Below are positions 20,450 to 30,210 of a stretch of DNA of 64,000 nucleotides, piece by piece. This DNA is from Bacilli bacterium (GTDB lineage: Bacteria > Bacillota_I > Bacilli_A > RF39 > UBA660), in contig JAFSAI010000033.1 of assembly GCA_017441065.1 (NCBI GenBank), forward strand, positions 2,581 through 66,580. The letters are read 5' to 3'. Each line of letters starts with the position of its first letter. Within the stretch, counting starts at the first letter, position 1. The notes beneath the pieces were generated by a model, which had not been told where the DNA came from, searched no databases, and saw only the letters and a program-made list of their open reading frames with translations. A program made the translations under genes and the position numbers.

Positions 20450-20505
20450 TAGGAAGAAAGATATGTGTGTATCTTTCAAATTTATTTTAACGTCTTCATT
20501 GACGA
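20450..20505 (-). repeat. Conserved 3' UTR element, copy 2
   Basis: TTAGGAAGAAAGATATGTGTGTATCTTTC...TTATTTTAACGTCTTCATTGACGAT. Differs from copy 1 by a 1-nt deletion. Confidence 0.75.
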
Positions 20506-21645
20506 TTAATTTATAATATATGGATCAGTTGATGTTCCGGTTCCACCTGTTATTTTTACATCAGATTTCAAATAGAATACTGGACGAACCAAACGAGCGC
20601 TGTCCAAATAATTAAGTGTGGGAATTCCATCACTCGATGCCAAAGTCCATCCGCGAAAACTACTAGAACCACCTAAACGACTCATTAACCACTCTAGAAC
20701 ATTTGTAAGTGGAACATTATTGGATAAATGTATCCAAGCAGTTTTTGCATTACTAGGATTTTCTGGCGATCCTCCGCTAGCATAGGCGTAGTAATAATCG
20801 TGTATATACATCAAACCTATTTTTGCACTTATGGTATTCGCCCAACTATCTTCAATTGCATATATTGTTGGGCCATCATAACCACCATTACTTGTTGCAT
20901 CCCCATACTTCCACGTTGTTGTTGCTATTTTACTTTCCCATCCTGTCGGAACATATGTATTATTTAATAAGTAATCATTTCCGTTTAATGCTATATATAT
21001 TAAACTATTTGGCCATATTACATCTGTTGTATCGTCACTCCACCATGCTACTGATGTATTTAAGATTTCTTTCTTTATTAGTTTCATTTGCCCCTCTTCA
21101 GCAATTCCTATTATTCTATACATATATGTAGCTGTATTATTTGTACAATCCAACTTATTGTTTGTTCCAAAACATATATGATTATCTACATTGTCAGTTC
21201 CTTGATATCTATACATCCCTGCTTCTATTGTAGTGTTTAATCCACTAGATGGATTCTGCAAAAGGTATTCACTAGCATTAGGCCTACTAAAATACAAATA
21301 GCAATAACTAGTATTTCCTGTATCTACTGTAGCTATATTATTGGTACTATCATAGCTAAGTACACCATCTAACTTATTTCCATTTATATCTATACACCCT
21401 GACATAGAATCATTATATGTATATCCACTTGTTGGCCATGTACTCGTTGTATCTTCTTTATATGTTCCGTCTTCTTGCTCTAACATTATTGCAAACATAT
21501 TTGTATTATTTATATTTAGATTTACTTCATCTAATGTATTATTCTTATTACCATATGATTTGTACATTAGAAACAATGTACAACTTTCTATTATCACTAA
21601 CACTAATATTACTATCACACACATTTTTTTGTTAACAACTTGCAT
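20506..21645 (-). CDS. Surface-anchored protein, family member C. C-term ITGGTGTSTDPYIIN.
   Basis: ORF track. N-terminal 120 aa nearly identical to member B. Divergent centre. Conserved C-terminus. Confidence 0.8.
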   Translation of the reverse strand: MQVVNKKMCVIVILVLVIIESCTLFLMYKSYGNKNNTLDEVNLNINNTNMFAIMLEQEDGTYKEDTTSTWPTSGYTYNDSMSGCIDINGNKLDGVLSYDSTNNIATVDTGNTSYCYLYFSRPNASEYLLQNPSSGLNTTIEAGMYRYQGTDNVDNHICFGTNNKLDCTNNTATYMYRIIGIAEEGQMKLIKKEILNTSVAWWSDDTTDVIWPNSLIYIALNGNDYLLNNTYVPTGWESKIATTTWKYGDATSNGGYDGPTIYAIEDSWANTISAKIGLMYIHDYYYAYASGGSPENPSNAKTAWIHLSNNVPLTNVLEWLMSRLGGSSSFRGWTLASSDGIPTLNYLDSARLVRPVFYLKSDVKITGGTGTSTDPYIIN

Positions 21646-21659
21646 ATTCTTTCTTCCTT

Positions 21660-21712
21660 ATCTATTTTATAAGGTAAGTATATATTACCCCCCCCCGAAG
21701 TCAAATTTTTTG
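21660..21712 (-). promoter_or_regulatory. Paralogous promoter with a G9 tract (C9 on plus, 21688-21696) in the spacer
   Basis: TTGACT (plus 21699-21704 as AGTCAA), a 16-nt spacer containing G9, then TATACT (plus 21677-21682). Flanks identical to the 9585-9625 promoter. Confidence 0.75.
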
Positions 21713-21826
21713 GAATATTTTGTTATTAACTTCTAACCACAAAAAAAGAATAGATTACTATTCTTTGAATATTTTATCTACCAAATACACTTGTATATTA
21801 TTCTAACTTATAATATACTTTTCTTA

Positions 21827-21895
21827 GGAAGCGTGAATTTCACGTCGCCTGTTTAATTAGATGACGTTATTCTAATACTAGAATGACGTTTTTTA
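21827..21895 (+). ncRNA. Candidate cis-antisense small RNA, convergent with and overlapping the 3' end of the 34-aa peptide ORF
   Basis: Plus-strand promoter TTGTAT (21791-21796), 17-nt spacer, TATACT (21814-21819). Small hairpin CGTGAA-T-TTCACG. Intrinsic terminator ATTCTA-ATAC-TAGAAT + TGACGTTTTTTATTT (21868-21895) lying inside the peptide ORF's last codons. Confidence 0.35.
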
Positions 21896-21971
21896 TTTCT
21901 ATTACCAATACAATCAATAATAGCAATATTATTATTACTAATAAAAACTTGTTTAGAGTTTTTAATTTCAT
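21867..21971 (-). CDS. Small hydrophobic peptide, 34 aa (MKLKTLNKFLLVIIILLLLIVLVIEIKNVILVLE). Candidate type I toxin-like membrane peptide.
   Basis: Not in the ORF track because it is under 60 aa. Strong SD GAAGGAGGTGA 7 nt upstream of the ATG. Single TM helix with a charged tail. Extended -10 promoter (TTTACA-N17-TGaTTAAAT) about 90 nt upstream. Its own terminator lies at 21735-21760. Confidence 0.5.
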   Translation of the reverse strand: MKLKTLNKFLLVIIILLLLIVLVIEIKNVILVLE

Positions 21972-22109
21972 ACGCTCATCACCTCCTTCTCAGGACCAAT
22001 ACTACCTCCCCGTTAAGTTAGCTTTTAAGCGACGCCACATTCAACACTTCCATATTCATTTAATCACAATAGATATGTATTGTAAATTAATTTCGTATGT
22101 CATAAATCG

Positions 22110-22139
22110 ACAAAAAAATATCACTATAAAGTGATATTT
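22110..22139 (-). terminator. Rho-independent terminator after the P-loop ATPase gene
   Basis: Hairpin ATATCACT-ATAA-AGTGATAT flanked by A6 and T runs (bidirectional). Confidence 0.7.
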
Positions 22140-23168
22140 TTATATATGCAATTTTCTTTCTGGTACTATGAAACCAGTAAATATTGGATTTTTATTTATT
22201 TCAGTATCTATAAAATGTAATAAATATTGATCATATTCTGCTGGTGTTAATTCATCCATTTTTCTATATAACTCTCTTACAGCATGAGCCATATCAAACA
22301 TACTACCGTTAGTTTTTTCTATCATTGAAGCAATTGTTTCATCTTTAATTACCAATGAAATTGGCATTCTATATTTCATTTTTCCAGAGAAAATCATCTC
22401 TCTTAAATTCATTCTATCCATTAATTCTTTTACTACTTCAACATCCTTAGTGTAATCTACCATAACAAGATCATTATCTTCACTAAGTTCATTTTGTCTT
22501 TCTTGACTATATACTACTTTTTTATCAGAAATAGTTGCAAGTAATCCTACATATTGTGACAATACATTGTATATGTATTTTTGATAAGTTTGACTTGATG
22601 AACCAATAGAATCAAAATCATCTATAGCTAAAGTTATTGTTTTATAATCTAGTACATTGGTAGCTATACTCAAAAATTCTTCTAATAATATTTCAGGATG
22701 TTCTAATAATACTTTATCAATTCTTTCTGGTTTTTTATTATAATTACCAACCAAATATATTAAATCAACTTTTCTATAGATAACATCTACTCTACTTTCA
22801 AGTCCAACAAAACATTCCATATATTTTTGTGGATGATTTTGTTTTATGAATAATAACATCTTTTTAATAATTAAACATGTTTGGAATAATCTAATTAATT
22901 CAGAATCAGGAATTTGAACAAATTCACCATATCTAACTGTAGCATCAATTAATGCATGTTCTGGGTCATTATAACCATTTATGTATTCTTTAAGTACTAC
23001 TGATTTTCCACAAGCCGTATCTCCAACTAAGAATACTTTACTTTTCTTTTTACTCTTTATTTCATCTATTACCCTATTAACAGGCTCTAAGCTTATCTGC
23101 CTACATTTTTCGTCTGACATAATTGCCATAAATCTTCTCTCTTTTCTGTGAATAATATTATAATCCAC
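22140..23168 (-). CDS. P-loop NTPase of unknown function (AAA-like)
   Basis: Walker A VGDTACGKS and Walker B ITLAIDDFD. 342 aa with no recognisable family signature beyond the P-loop. Sits 19 nt downstream of the membrane protein gene. Confidence 0.6.
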   Translation of the reverse strand: MDYNIIHRKERRFMAIMSDEKCRQISLEPVNRVIDEIKSKKKSKVFLVGDTACGKSVVLKEYINGYNDPEHALIDATVRYGEFVQIPDSELIRLFQTCLIIKKMLLFIKQNHPQKYMECFVGLESRVDVIYRKVDLIYLVGNYNKKPERIDKVLLEHPEILLEEFLSIATNVLDYKTITLAIDDFDSIGSSSQTYQKYIYNVLSQYVGLLATISDKKVVYSQERQNELSEDNDLVMVDYTKDVEVVKELMDRMNLREMIFSGKMKYRMPISLVIKDETIASMIEKTNGSMFDMAHAVRELYRKMDELTPAEYDQYLLHFIDTEINKNPIFTGFIVPERKLHI

Positions 23169-23187
23169 AAAAATTAAATAGTAAATA

Positions 23188-23763
23188 TTATTTTAATAAA
23201 AATGAAAAATATTCAAATATAAATGGAGATATAAAATAAAGAATTATATTGGTTAAAAGGACAAATAATATAATATATAAACTATTTTTGAAATTAAATA
23301 TCAATTTATCAAATATTACTTCATCTTTTTTATATATAAACATTCCTATAATAAATCGGCCTATATTAATTGTTTTTTGAATAAAACAGATAATTAATAT
23401 AAAGGATATAAGTTTATTTATAAGTATAAATAAACTTGAATAAATTAAACCACTTATACCAAATGATACTAAAAAAATATTTATTAAAAATCCAATAGAT
23501 AAACTTTCATAAAATAAAAATAATATACTTAAAGGCACTCCTATAATAAAGAACGATAATACTAATAATAAAGACATGATTACTAAATATTTAATAATAA
23601 AATTATATCGGAAATTATTATAATTCTTTAAAGTATCAGCAATTTGAATTTGTGTTTCGGTACTCAAAAAATGATAATATATAAAACCACATGCTATACC
23701 AATTAGGACTACAATAAATATAAACATTAAATATTTTTTATTTTTCTTTAATATTTGCTGCAT
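23188..23763 (-). CDS. Polytopic membrane protein, possibly SpoIIM/DUF95-like
   Basis: 191 aa. Basic N-terminus followed by about 5 TM helices. Its size and topology resemble SpoIIM, but the assignment is not secure. Confidence 0.3.
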   Translation of the reverse strand: MQQILKKNKKYLMFIFIVVLIGIACGFIYYHFLSTETQIQIADTLKNYNNFRYNFIIKYLVIMSLLLVLSFFIIGVPLSILFLFYESLSIGFLINIFLVSFGISGLIYSSLFILINKLISFILIICFIQKTINIGRFIIGMFIYKKDEVIFDKLIFNFKNSLYIILFVLLTNIILYFISPFIFEYFSFLLK

Positions 23764-23853
23764 ATTCTTATCACCATTTAAGAATATGCAAAAACTCTTT
23801 TAAAAATTACTTAAATATGATATATTTTAGATATATTGAAGGTGGGATTTTTT

Positions 23854-23949
23854 ATGAATAAAAAAACTAGAAAAATTCTAGTATGGGTAATGCTATTCCT
23901 TATGGTTGCATCTTTCGTAGCAAGTATTGCAATATATGCACTAGCTTAA
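23854..23949 (+). CDS. Small hydrophobic peptide, 31 aa (MNKKTRKILVWVMLFLMVASFVASIAIYALA)
   Basis: SD AAGGTGGG 8 nt upstream of the ATG. Single TM. Its 3' end overlaps the pilD stop convergently by 9 nt. Confidence 0.4.
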   Translation: MNKKTRKILVWVMLFLMVASFVASIAIYALA

Positions 23950-24711
23950 TGAAAAGAAAACCAATAAATTAGTAAACTTTTCAATGAAAACAAACATTAT
24001 AATCATTGATGATATTAAAAATGGACCAAAAGGAAGTTCATTTTTTTTATTGAAATAAAGTGTTGCCATAGCATATGGTAATGCTAAAAATGCTGCAAAC
24101 ACAAGTGATATTAAACTAAGTCTAAATCCTATTCCAGGATATCCTAAAGTTAATCCGATTAAGAAACATAATTTAATATCTCCTCCACCAAGAGATTCTC
24201 TTTTATATATTTTATCGCCTATTATTTTTATCAAATACATAACTAAAAATAAAGCTATACCATAAAGAACAGAATAAATTGTATTTGTTAATCCTACTTC
24301 AAAATATCTTATTATAATTATTAAAATACTTCCTATTACTAATGGCGAATCTAATATAATCATATATTTAAAATCACTTACAAATATTATTAATGCCACA
24401 GATATTATTATTAAGTAAATTCCTAATTTTAAAGAAATATCAAAGTACAAATAACCTACTAAGAAAAGAATTCCTGTAGCAAGTTCCATTATTAAATGTT
24501 CTTTACTAATTTTTTTACCACAGTTACGACACTTACCTAATTGAATTATATAAGATACCAAAGGTATCAATTCATACCATTTTAATTCTTTTTTACAAGA
24601 ATCACATCTACTTCTTCCTGTAATTACATTTTCTTTTAAAGGTAATCTTGTTCCTATTACTAAATAGAAGGAGCCTAAAATGGCTCCTATAATAAACACA
24701 CAAACTCCCAT
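23941..24711 (-). CDS. pilD: Prepilin peptidase (A24 family; PilD/ComC)
   Basis: N-terminal tetra-Cys (CDSCKK...CRNCGKK) zinc motif. Polytopic. GGGDIKL and catalytic Asp-containing motifs typical of A24 peptidases. Confidence 0.85.
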   Translation of the reverse strand: MGVCVFIIGAILGSFYLVIGTRLPLKENVITGRSRCDSCKKELKWYELIPLVSYIIQLGKCRNCGKKISKEHLIMELATGILFLVGYLYFDISLKLGIYLIIISVALIIFVSDFKYMIILDSPLVIGSILIIIIRYFEVGLTNTIYSVLYGIALFLVMYLIKIIGDKIYKRESLGGGDIKLCFLIGLTLGYPGIGFRLSLISLVFAAFLALPYAMATLYFNKKNELPFGPFLISSMIIMFVFIEKFTNLLVFFSLS

Positions 24712-24724
24712 TTTTTTAATCCCC

Positions 24725-26299
24725 CTACATTACTTGTTCATACATTCCGAACATTGGAACAATAACAGCAATTATTATACCACCTACTACTATAGCTAAG
24801 AAACTAATAAGTATCGGTTCAATAAATGATTTTAAATTATTTACTACATTACGATGTAATCCTTGATAGTATTCACTAACCTTTTGCATCATATTATCAA
24901 GTTCACCAGTTGATTCACCAGTTACAATCATGAAATAGGCAACATCAGGTACTGCCCAGTGATCTTTGAATGCTTCGCTGATTTTTTCACCTTTAACTAT
25001 ATTATTAATTGTTCTATATAATATAGATTTATAAATTTCATTATTTGTAATTTTACTTAAAATATCAATACTTTCTGTAATAAATACGTTATTTCTTAAA
25101 AGAGATGCAAATGTTTTTGTAAATATGGCTAATTCATTATAAATGATAATGTCTTTTACAACAGGTATTTTCATCATCATTGTTTGCATACTTCTTCTAA
25201 ATGCTTTTACATTTTTATAAGCAACAATTAATACTATTACTGCTATTACTATTAGTAATAAGATTGTAAAGATATTGTTTTGTAAGAAGTGACTTAAATT
25301 AATTATGAATGCCGTAATACCATTTAATTCAATATTATTCTTTTCATATATTTCAACGAATTTTGGAATTATAAATACTAGGATAAATGCTACAACTGCA
25401 AAGGCAAAAATACTAATTATCAATGGATATGTCATTGCACTTTTCATTTGTTTCTTAGTTTCATCAACTTCAGTATAATAGTTAGCCATATCTTCTAGTG
25501 TTTCAATTAAAGTACCACTAGCTTCTGCAGCTTTAATCATATTAATAAGAAGCGGTGGGAACATATTTCCTTGTTTTTCTAAAGCAGATGAGAAAGACGC
25601 TCCTAATGTAAGTTCATAAGACATTGATTGGAATGCTCTGGCTTTACTTTTCTTACTAGCCATTTGTTTTGACAATATTTTAACTGCATCGTTTAAAGTG
25701 ATTCCAGCTTTTAAATATGTAGATAATTGAGTTAACCAGAATATTAATTCTTTAGTAGACATTTTTGGACTACCAAATGAAGATTCTTTAAATAAGAAAT
25801 TAATCATTGGGCTAGTTTTAATACTATATACTGTATAACCTTCATTTACTAAGAATGAATTTATATCTAATTTAGATAAACCATTCATAGTACCAGTAAT
25901 TATTTTTCCTTGTTTATCTCTAACTTTAAAATAATAAACATTAACTTCTTTACTACGAGTCGCTCCTGTAGTTTGTAAATCTTGTAATAATGCTTGATAT
26001 TCTTGTTCTAATTTTGCTAATGTTTTAGCACTATAATTATAAACTTTTTCTTTTTTCTTTTTATTATCGTAACCATCATCTTCATGAGGTCCTAAAGCTT
26101 CTTTAGTTCTTTTATATGCTTTATCTAATTTCCAACTAGTACTATTATATAAATATACAAACAAATCATAAGTACAAGCTTTTAATCCAATAAAAGCATA
26201 AGAAAAAATTGAAAATATTACTAAACAAATATTTTTTAAAAACTCTAAAAATAAAACATACCACACTTTTTTTTCGTTAGGTGTTGCAACATTATCCAT
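24725..26299 (-). CDS. pilC: Type II secretion / type IV pilus platform protein (GspF/PilC/ComGB family) with an extra N-terminal extension
   Basis: Two GspF-type repeats and 3 TM segments (about 400 aa C-terminal), preceded by an about 130-aa N-terminal region containing a TM. Adjacent to pilD. Confidence 0.8.
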   Translation of the reverse strand: MDNVATPNEKKVWYVLFLEFLKNICLVIFSIFSYAFIGLKACTYDLFVYLYNSTSWKLDKAYKRTKEALGPHEDDGYDNKKKKEKVYNYSAKTLAKLEQEYQALLQDLQTTGATRSKEVNVYYFKVRDKQGKIITGTMNGLSKLDINSFLVNEGYTVYSIKTSPMINFLFKESSFGSPKMSTKELIFWLTQLSTYLKAGITLNDAVKILSKQMASKKSKARAFQSMSYELTLGASFSSALEKQGNMFPPLLINMIKAAEASGTLIETLEDMANYYTEVDETKKQMKSAMTYPLIISIFAFAVVAFILVFIIPKFVEIYEKNNIELNGITAFIINLSHFLQNNIFTILLLIVIAVIVLIVAYKNVKAFRRSMQTMMMKIPVVKDIIIYNELAIFTKTFASLLRNNVFITESIDILSKITNNEIYKSILYRTINNIVKGEKISEAFKDHWAVPDVAYFMIVTGESTGELDNMMQKVSEYYQGLHRNVVNNLKSFIEPILISFLAIVVGGIIIAVIVPMFGMYEQVM

Positions 26300-26383
26300 A
26301 ACTATGAGCGCTCCTTACTATTCTTTTAAATTATAACATAAATAATTGTACGATTCTAGTACTTAGTTGCATAAATTATTAAT

Positions 26384-26687
26384 AGGTGATTTTATGTTTG
26401 GACCACGGTTAGGAACTTCTACTTTTTCATTTGGAAAAATACTTGGAGGACTATCTAAAACTCTAGGTGTTGTCAATCAAGTAATACCTCTATATAAAGA
26501 AGCAAAACCAATTATTCAAAATGCCAAAACAGCTTTTAGTCTTATCAAAGAAATGGGTTCAACGACTACAAATAAAATTATAAATAATACTGAAAAGAAC
26601 GTAAAACAAATTAAAGAATCAATAACTAAAATAAATGACAACAAAATAAATTATGGCAATCAAAAAGGTCCTACTTTTTTTCAATAA
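26384..26687 (+). CDS. Hypothetical protein (about 100 aa). Start moved to the ATG after SD AGGTGA.
   Basis: ORF track 26367..26687. Internal ATG at 26384 with SD AGGTGA 5 nt upstream. No recognisable motif. Confidence 0.4.
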
Positions 26688-27291
26688 GACCTTTTAATAT
26701 AAGACATTCATACAATAATTTTATTTTCTTTTTAAGTGGTACTTTTTTTATTAAATCCTTATTTTTGTTTAATAAATATTTATAATAATCTTCATTATTA
26801 CTTATACCATATTTTAATTCTTTTTTAGTTAACTTTTGTTTTTGTTTAATACATAAAAGTATTATATAGTAATGATTATTTTCATATATTGCTTGTTCAT
26901 CTACTATTTTATAACCAATTTCATTTATTTTTTTTCTTAGTTTATAGTAATCATTATTACTAGCTAAAACTAATTTGTTGGGAGTTTTTTCATTGTCTAG
27001 AATTTTTAAAATAGTACTAGTTCCCATACCTGCTATTACAGCAGTATCAAAATATACAGGAACATCTTTAAAACCATCACTTACATAAGTTTTGATATCT
27101 AAATTATATTTTTTAAAATTATTTCTGGCAACATTTAAAGCATTCTCTGATACATCACTTGCATAAACTTCTTTACACAAATTATTTTGTTTTAAATAAA
27201 TACTTAAATATCCATGGTCACAACCTACATCTAGCACAGTATCGTTTTCAGATATTTCTTTAGCTAAAACTTTAATTCGTTCACTATTCAT
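26671..27291 (-). CDS. trmK: tRNA (adenine22-N1)-methyltransferase TrmK (YqfN)
   Basis: SAM-MTase motif VLDVGCDHGYLSIYL. Conserved position immediately downstream of sigA, as in B. subtilis. Confidence 0.8.
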   Translation of the reverse strand: MNSERIKVLAKEISENDTVLDVGCDHGYLSIYLKQNNLCKEVYASDVSENALNVARNNFKKYNLDIKTYVSDGFKDVPVYFDTAVIAGMGTSTILKILDNEKTPNKLVLASNNDYYKLRKKINEIGYKIVDEQAIYENNHYYIILLCIKQKQKLTKKELKYGISNNEDYYKYLLNKNKDLIKKVPLKKKIKLLYECLILKGLIEKK

Positions 27292-28391
27292 TAATTATCT
27301 AAGAAATCTCTTAATTTTTTAGCTCTAGATGGATGACGTAATTTTCTTAATGCTTTAGCTTCAATTTGTCTGATTCTTTCTCTTGTTACATTAAATCTTT
27401 TTCCAACATCTTCTAATGTATGACAAGTTCCATCAGTAAGTCCAAAACGAAGTTCTAATACTTCTTGTTCTCTAGGTTGTAATGTTTGTAATACGTCTTT
27501 TATTTCTTCTTTTAATATTTCATTTTCTGTATATTCTTCTGGTGATAAACTACTTTCATCTTTTAGAAAATCTCCTAAATGTGAATCATCTTCTTCTCCA
27601 ATCGGAGTTTCTAAAGATACTGGTTCTTGACTAATTTTAATAACTTCTCTTACCTTATCAACAGAAATACCCATTTTCTTAGCAATTTCTTCATCAGAGG
27701 GTTCTCTATTTAATTCAAGAGTCATTTGTCTTTGAACTCTAACCATTTTATTGATTGTTTCAACCATATGAACTGGTACACGAATAGTTCTTGCTTGATC
27801 TGCTAAAGCTCTTGTTATTGCTTGTCTAATCCACCATGTAGCATATGTAGAAAATTTATAACCTTTATCATAATCAAATTTTTCTACTGCTTTCATAAGC
27901 CCAATATTTCCTTCTTGGATTAAATCTAAGAATAAAAGTCCACGACCTACATATCTTTTAGCAATACTTACAACTAAACGTAAATTACTTTCTGCTAAAA
28001 TTCTTTTAGCTTCTTCATCACCATCAGCAATACGAATACTAATATTCATTTCATCTTCACTTGATAAAAGACTAATTCTACCAATTTCTTTTAAATACAT
28101 TCTTACTGGATCGTTAATATTTACATCCTTAGTAATTTCAGCATCATCTAAAATTATTGGTTCTTCTTCTTGAATTTTAGTTGGATCTTCTCCTGAAGCT
28201 TCAGCATCTTCTTCAGTTACTACAGAAATTCCTGCATCTACAAATGAATTATATAATTCATCTAATGTATCACTATCAATTTCTAAACCTTTTAAAGCTG
28301 CTGCTAGTTCTTCAAAAGTAATATAGCCTTGTTCTTCACCTTTCTTAATTAAACTTTCTTTTCTTTCTTCAAATGTTTTAATTTCTACCAT
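27291..28391 (-). CDS. sigA: RNA polymerase principal sigma factor SigA (RpoD)
   Basis: Regions 1.2-4.2 present. Signatures [18 protein letters not shown] and [29 protein letters not shown]. Confidence 0.97.
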   Translation of the reverse strand: MVEIKTFEERKESLIKKGEEQGYITFEELAAALKGLEIDSDTLDELYNSFVDAGISVVTEEDAEASGEDPTKIQEEEPIILDDAEITKDVNINDPVRMYLKEIGRISLLSSEDEMNISIRIADGDEEAKRILAESNLRLVVSIAKRYVGRGLLFLDLIQEGNIGLMKAVEKFDYDKGYKFSTYATWWIRQAITRALADQARTIRVPVHMVETINKMVRVQRQMTLELNREPSDEEIAKKMGISVDKVREVIKISQEPVSLETPIGEEDDSHLGDFLKDESSLSPEEYTENEILKEEIKDVLQTLQPREQEVLELRFGLTDGTCHTLEDVGKRFNVTRERIRQIEAKALRKLRHPSRAKKLRDFLDN

Positions 28392-30156
28392 TTTTTACAC
28401 TTCCTTTTTTTAATTCTAATATTTTATTTGATATCTCAACTTGTTTGTTAATATCTGTTTCCCTTTTTAATTCTTCTTTTAATTTTTTTATTTCTTCTTT
28501 ATTCAATATATCTTTTATAGCATTAATATATTGCATAAAAGTAGTTTCTTCTAAATCTTCAAAATCAATACTACCACTTATATTATTAACTAAATCTCTA
28601 ATATTATTGTCATTTTCGCTATAACTAATAAAATCCGCAAGATTTATTTTACCATATTTTTCAATATAATACTCAATTTCTCTAACTAAATTTCTTTCTT
28701 CAGGATTTTTTAAAAAACCTAACTTAGTATTAAAAATCTTCAAATACTTCGCATCACTCATCATATAATAAAGTATTTTATTAACACATATCTGATATTT
28801 ATCTTTTCCTATTTTGATAGTAGGAATAACAGCTTGATTAATTTCTTTCACTTCTTCAAAAGTAATTTCTTGTTTTAATACTTCATAATCTATGTTATAT
28901 TCATCACTTAATTTTTTTAAAGTAATCTCTTTAGTTAAATTATCCGCACCATCTAACATCTTTAATACTGATTTAACATAATTTATTAACTCTTCTGTAT
29001 TATTTAAATTTTTATTTTCTTTTAAATAATTTAATTTGTAATCAAAATAATTTAAACTATGTTTTATTGTATCATTAAATGCTTCAATGCCATATTTAAC
29101 AATATACTCATCTGGATCTTTAGCTCCATGTAATCTAACTACTTTGGTATCAATGTTATTCTTGACTAGTTCATTACCAATGTTAACTGTTGCAAGTTCT
29201 CCTGCATTATCATTATCAAGCATTAATATTATTGGTACTCTAAGTTTTTTCAAAATATTAACTTGTTCTTTAGTCATTGCTGTACCCATTAATGCTAAAA
29301 CATTTCTAACACCACTAGAATACATTCTAATAGCATCCATATTTCCTTCAACTAAAATAGCACATTTAGCTTCTCTTATATAATTTTTGGCATTGTGATA
29401 GTTAAATAATATATTTCCTTTTTTATAAATACTAGTTTCTTTGGTATTTATATATTTAGCACTATCTTCATTATTAAATATTCTTCCTGTATAACCAACT
29501 ACACTACCATCTAAATTACATATTGGAATCATTATTCTATTAACAAATTTATCATAACCTGTTATGCCATCTTTAGTAATGAGACCTAACTCATCTAATT
29601 TATTTATATCATATCCTTTTTTTGTAAGTACATTATATAAATAAGTTGAATCATTAAGGGTAAGTCCTATTTTAAAATCTTTGATAATTTCATCCGTAAT
29701 ATTTCTTTGTTCTAAATATTCTTTGGCTTTTACCCCTTCTTTACTATTTAAATTGTTTTGTAATATTTTAGTAGTAAAATCCATTATTTCATATTCTAAC
29801 TTAAATTTACTATCTTTTTGTGTTGTCGGAACAAAATCTAAAGGGATTCCAACTTTATCTGCAACCTTTTTTACTGCTTCAATATAACTAATATTTTCAT
29901 ACTCTTTTACAAAAGTGAAAACATTACCACCTTTATTACATACAAAGCATTTAAATAATTGTCTTTCTTTAGAAACAGACATACTTGGCGAATGATCGTC
30001 ATGAAAAGGACACACGCCAAAATAATTCTTGCCTTGCATCTTTAGTGGTATATAATCAGAAACTATACTTACAATATCAGCAGAATTTCTAATGTCATTA
30101 ATTTTATCTTCACTAATTAATTGCATTTTTGTCCCCTCTATTATATATATTGTCAA
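28378..30156 (-). CDS. dnaG: DNA primase DnaG
   Basis: Zinc ribbon [13 protein letters not shown]...CFVC. TOPRIM domain (EGNMDAI, DND). C-terminal helicase-interaction domain. dnaG-sigA operon. Confidence 0.95.
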   Translation of the reverse strand: MTIYIIEGTKMQLISEDKINDIRNSADIVSIVSDYIPLKMQGKNYFGVCPFHDDHSPSMSVSKERQLFKCFVCNKGGNVFTFVKEYENISYIEAVKKVADKVGIPLDFVPTTQKDSKFKLEYEIMDFTTKILQNNLNSKEGVKAKEYLEQRNITDEIIKDFKIGLTLNDSTYLYNVLTKKGYDINKLDELGLITKDGITGYDKFVNRIMIPICNLDGSVVGYTGRIFNNEDSAKYINTKETSIYKKGNILFNYHNAKNYIREAKCAILVEGNMDAIRMYSSGVRNVLALMGTAMTKEQVNILKKLRVPIILMLDNDNAGELATVNIGNELVKNNIDTKVVRLHGAKDPDEYIVKYGIEAFNDTIKHSLNYFDYKLNYLKENKNLNNTEELINYVKSVLKMLDGADNLTKEITLKKLSDEYNIDYEVLKQEITFEEVKEINQAVIPTIKIGKDKYQICVNKILYYMMSDAKYLKIFNTKLGFLKNPEERNLVREIEYYIEKYGKINLADFISYSENDNNIRDLVNNISGSIDFEDLEETTFMQYINAIKDILNKEEIKKLKEELKRETDINKQVEISNKILELKKGSVKNGRN

Positions 30157-30210
30157 CTAGGTGCCAATTTCCTTTTTTTTAAAGCAAATTTTTGCAAAAA
30201 ATTGCATTTT

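Noticed and set aside
21883-22134. 83-aa plus-strand ORF in the 21.9-22.1 kb intergenic region
   Set aside because: It runs antisense through the SD, start and leader of the 34-aa peptide gene and across a terminator. No SD. It is better explained as non-coding.
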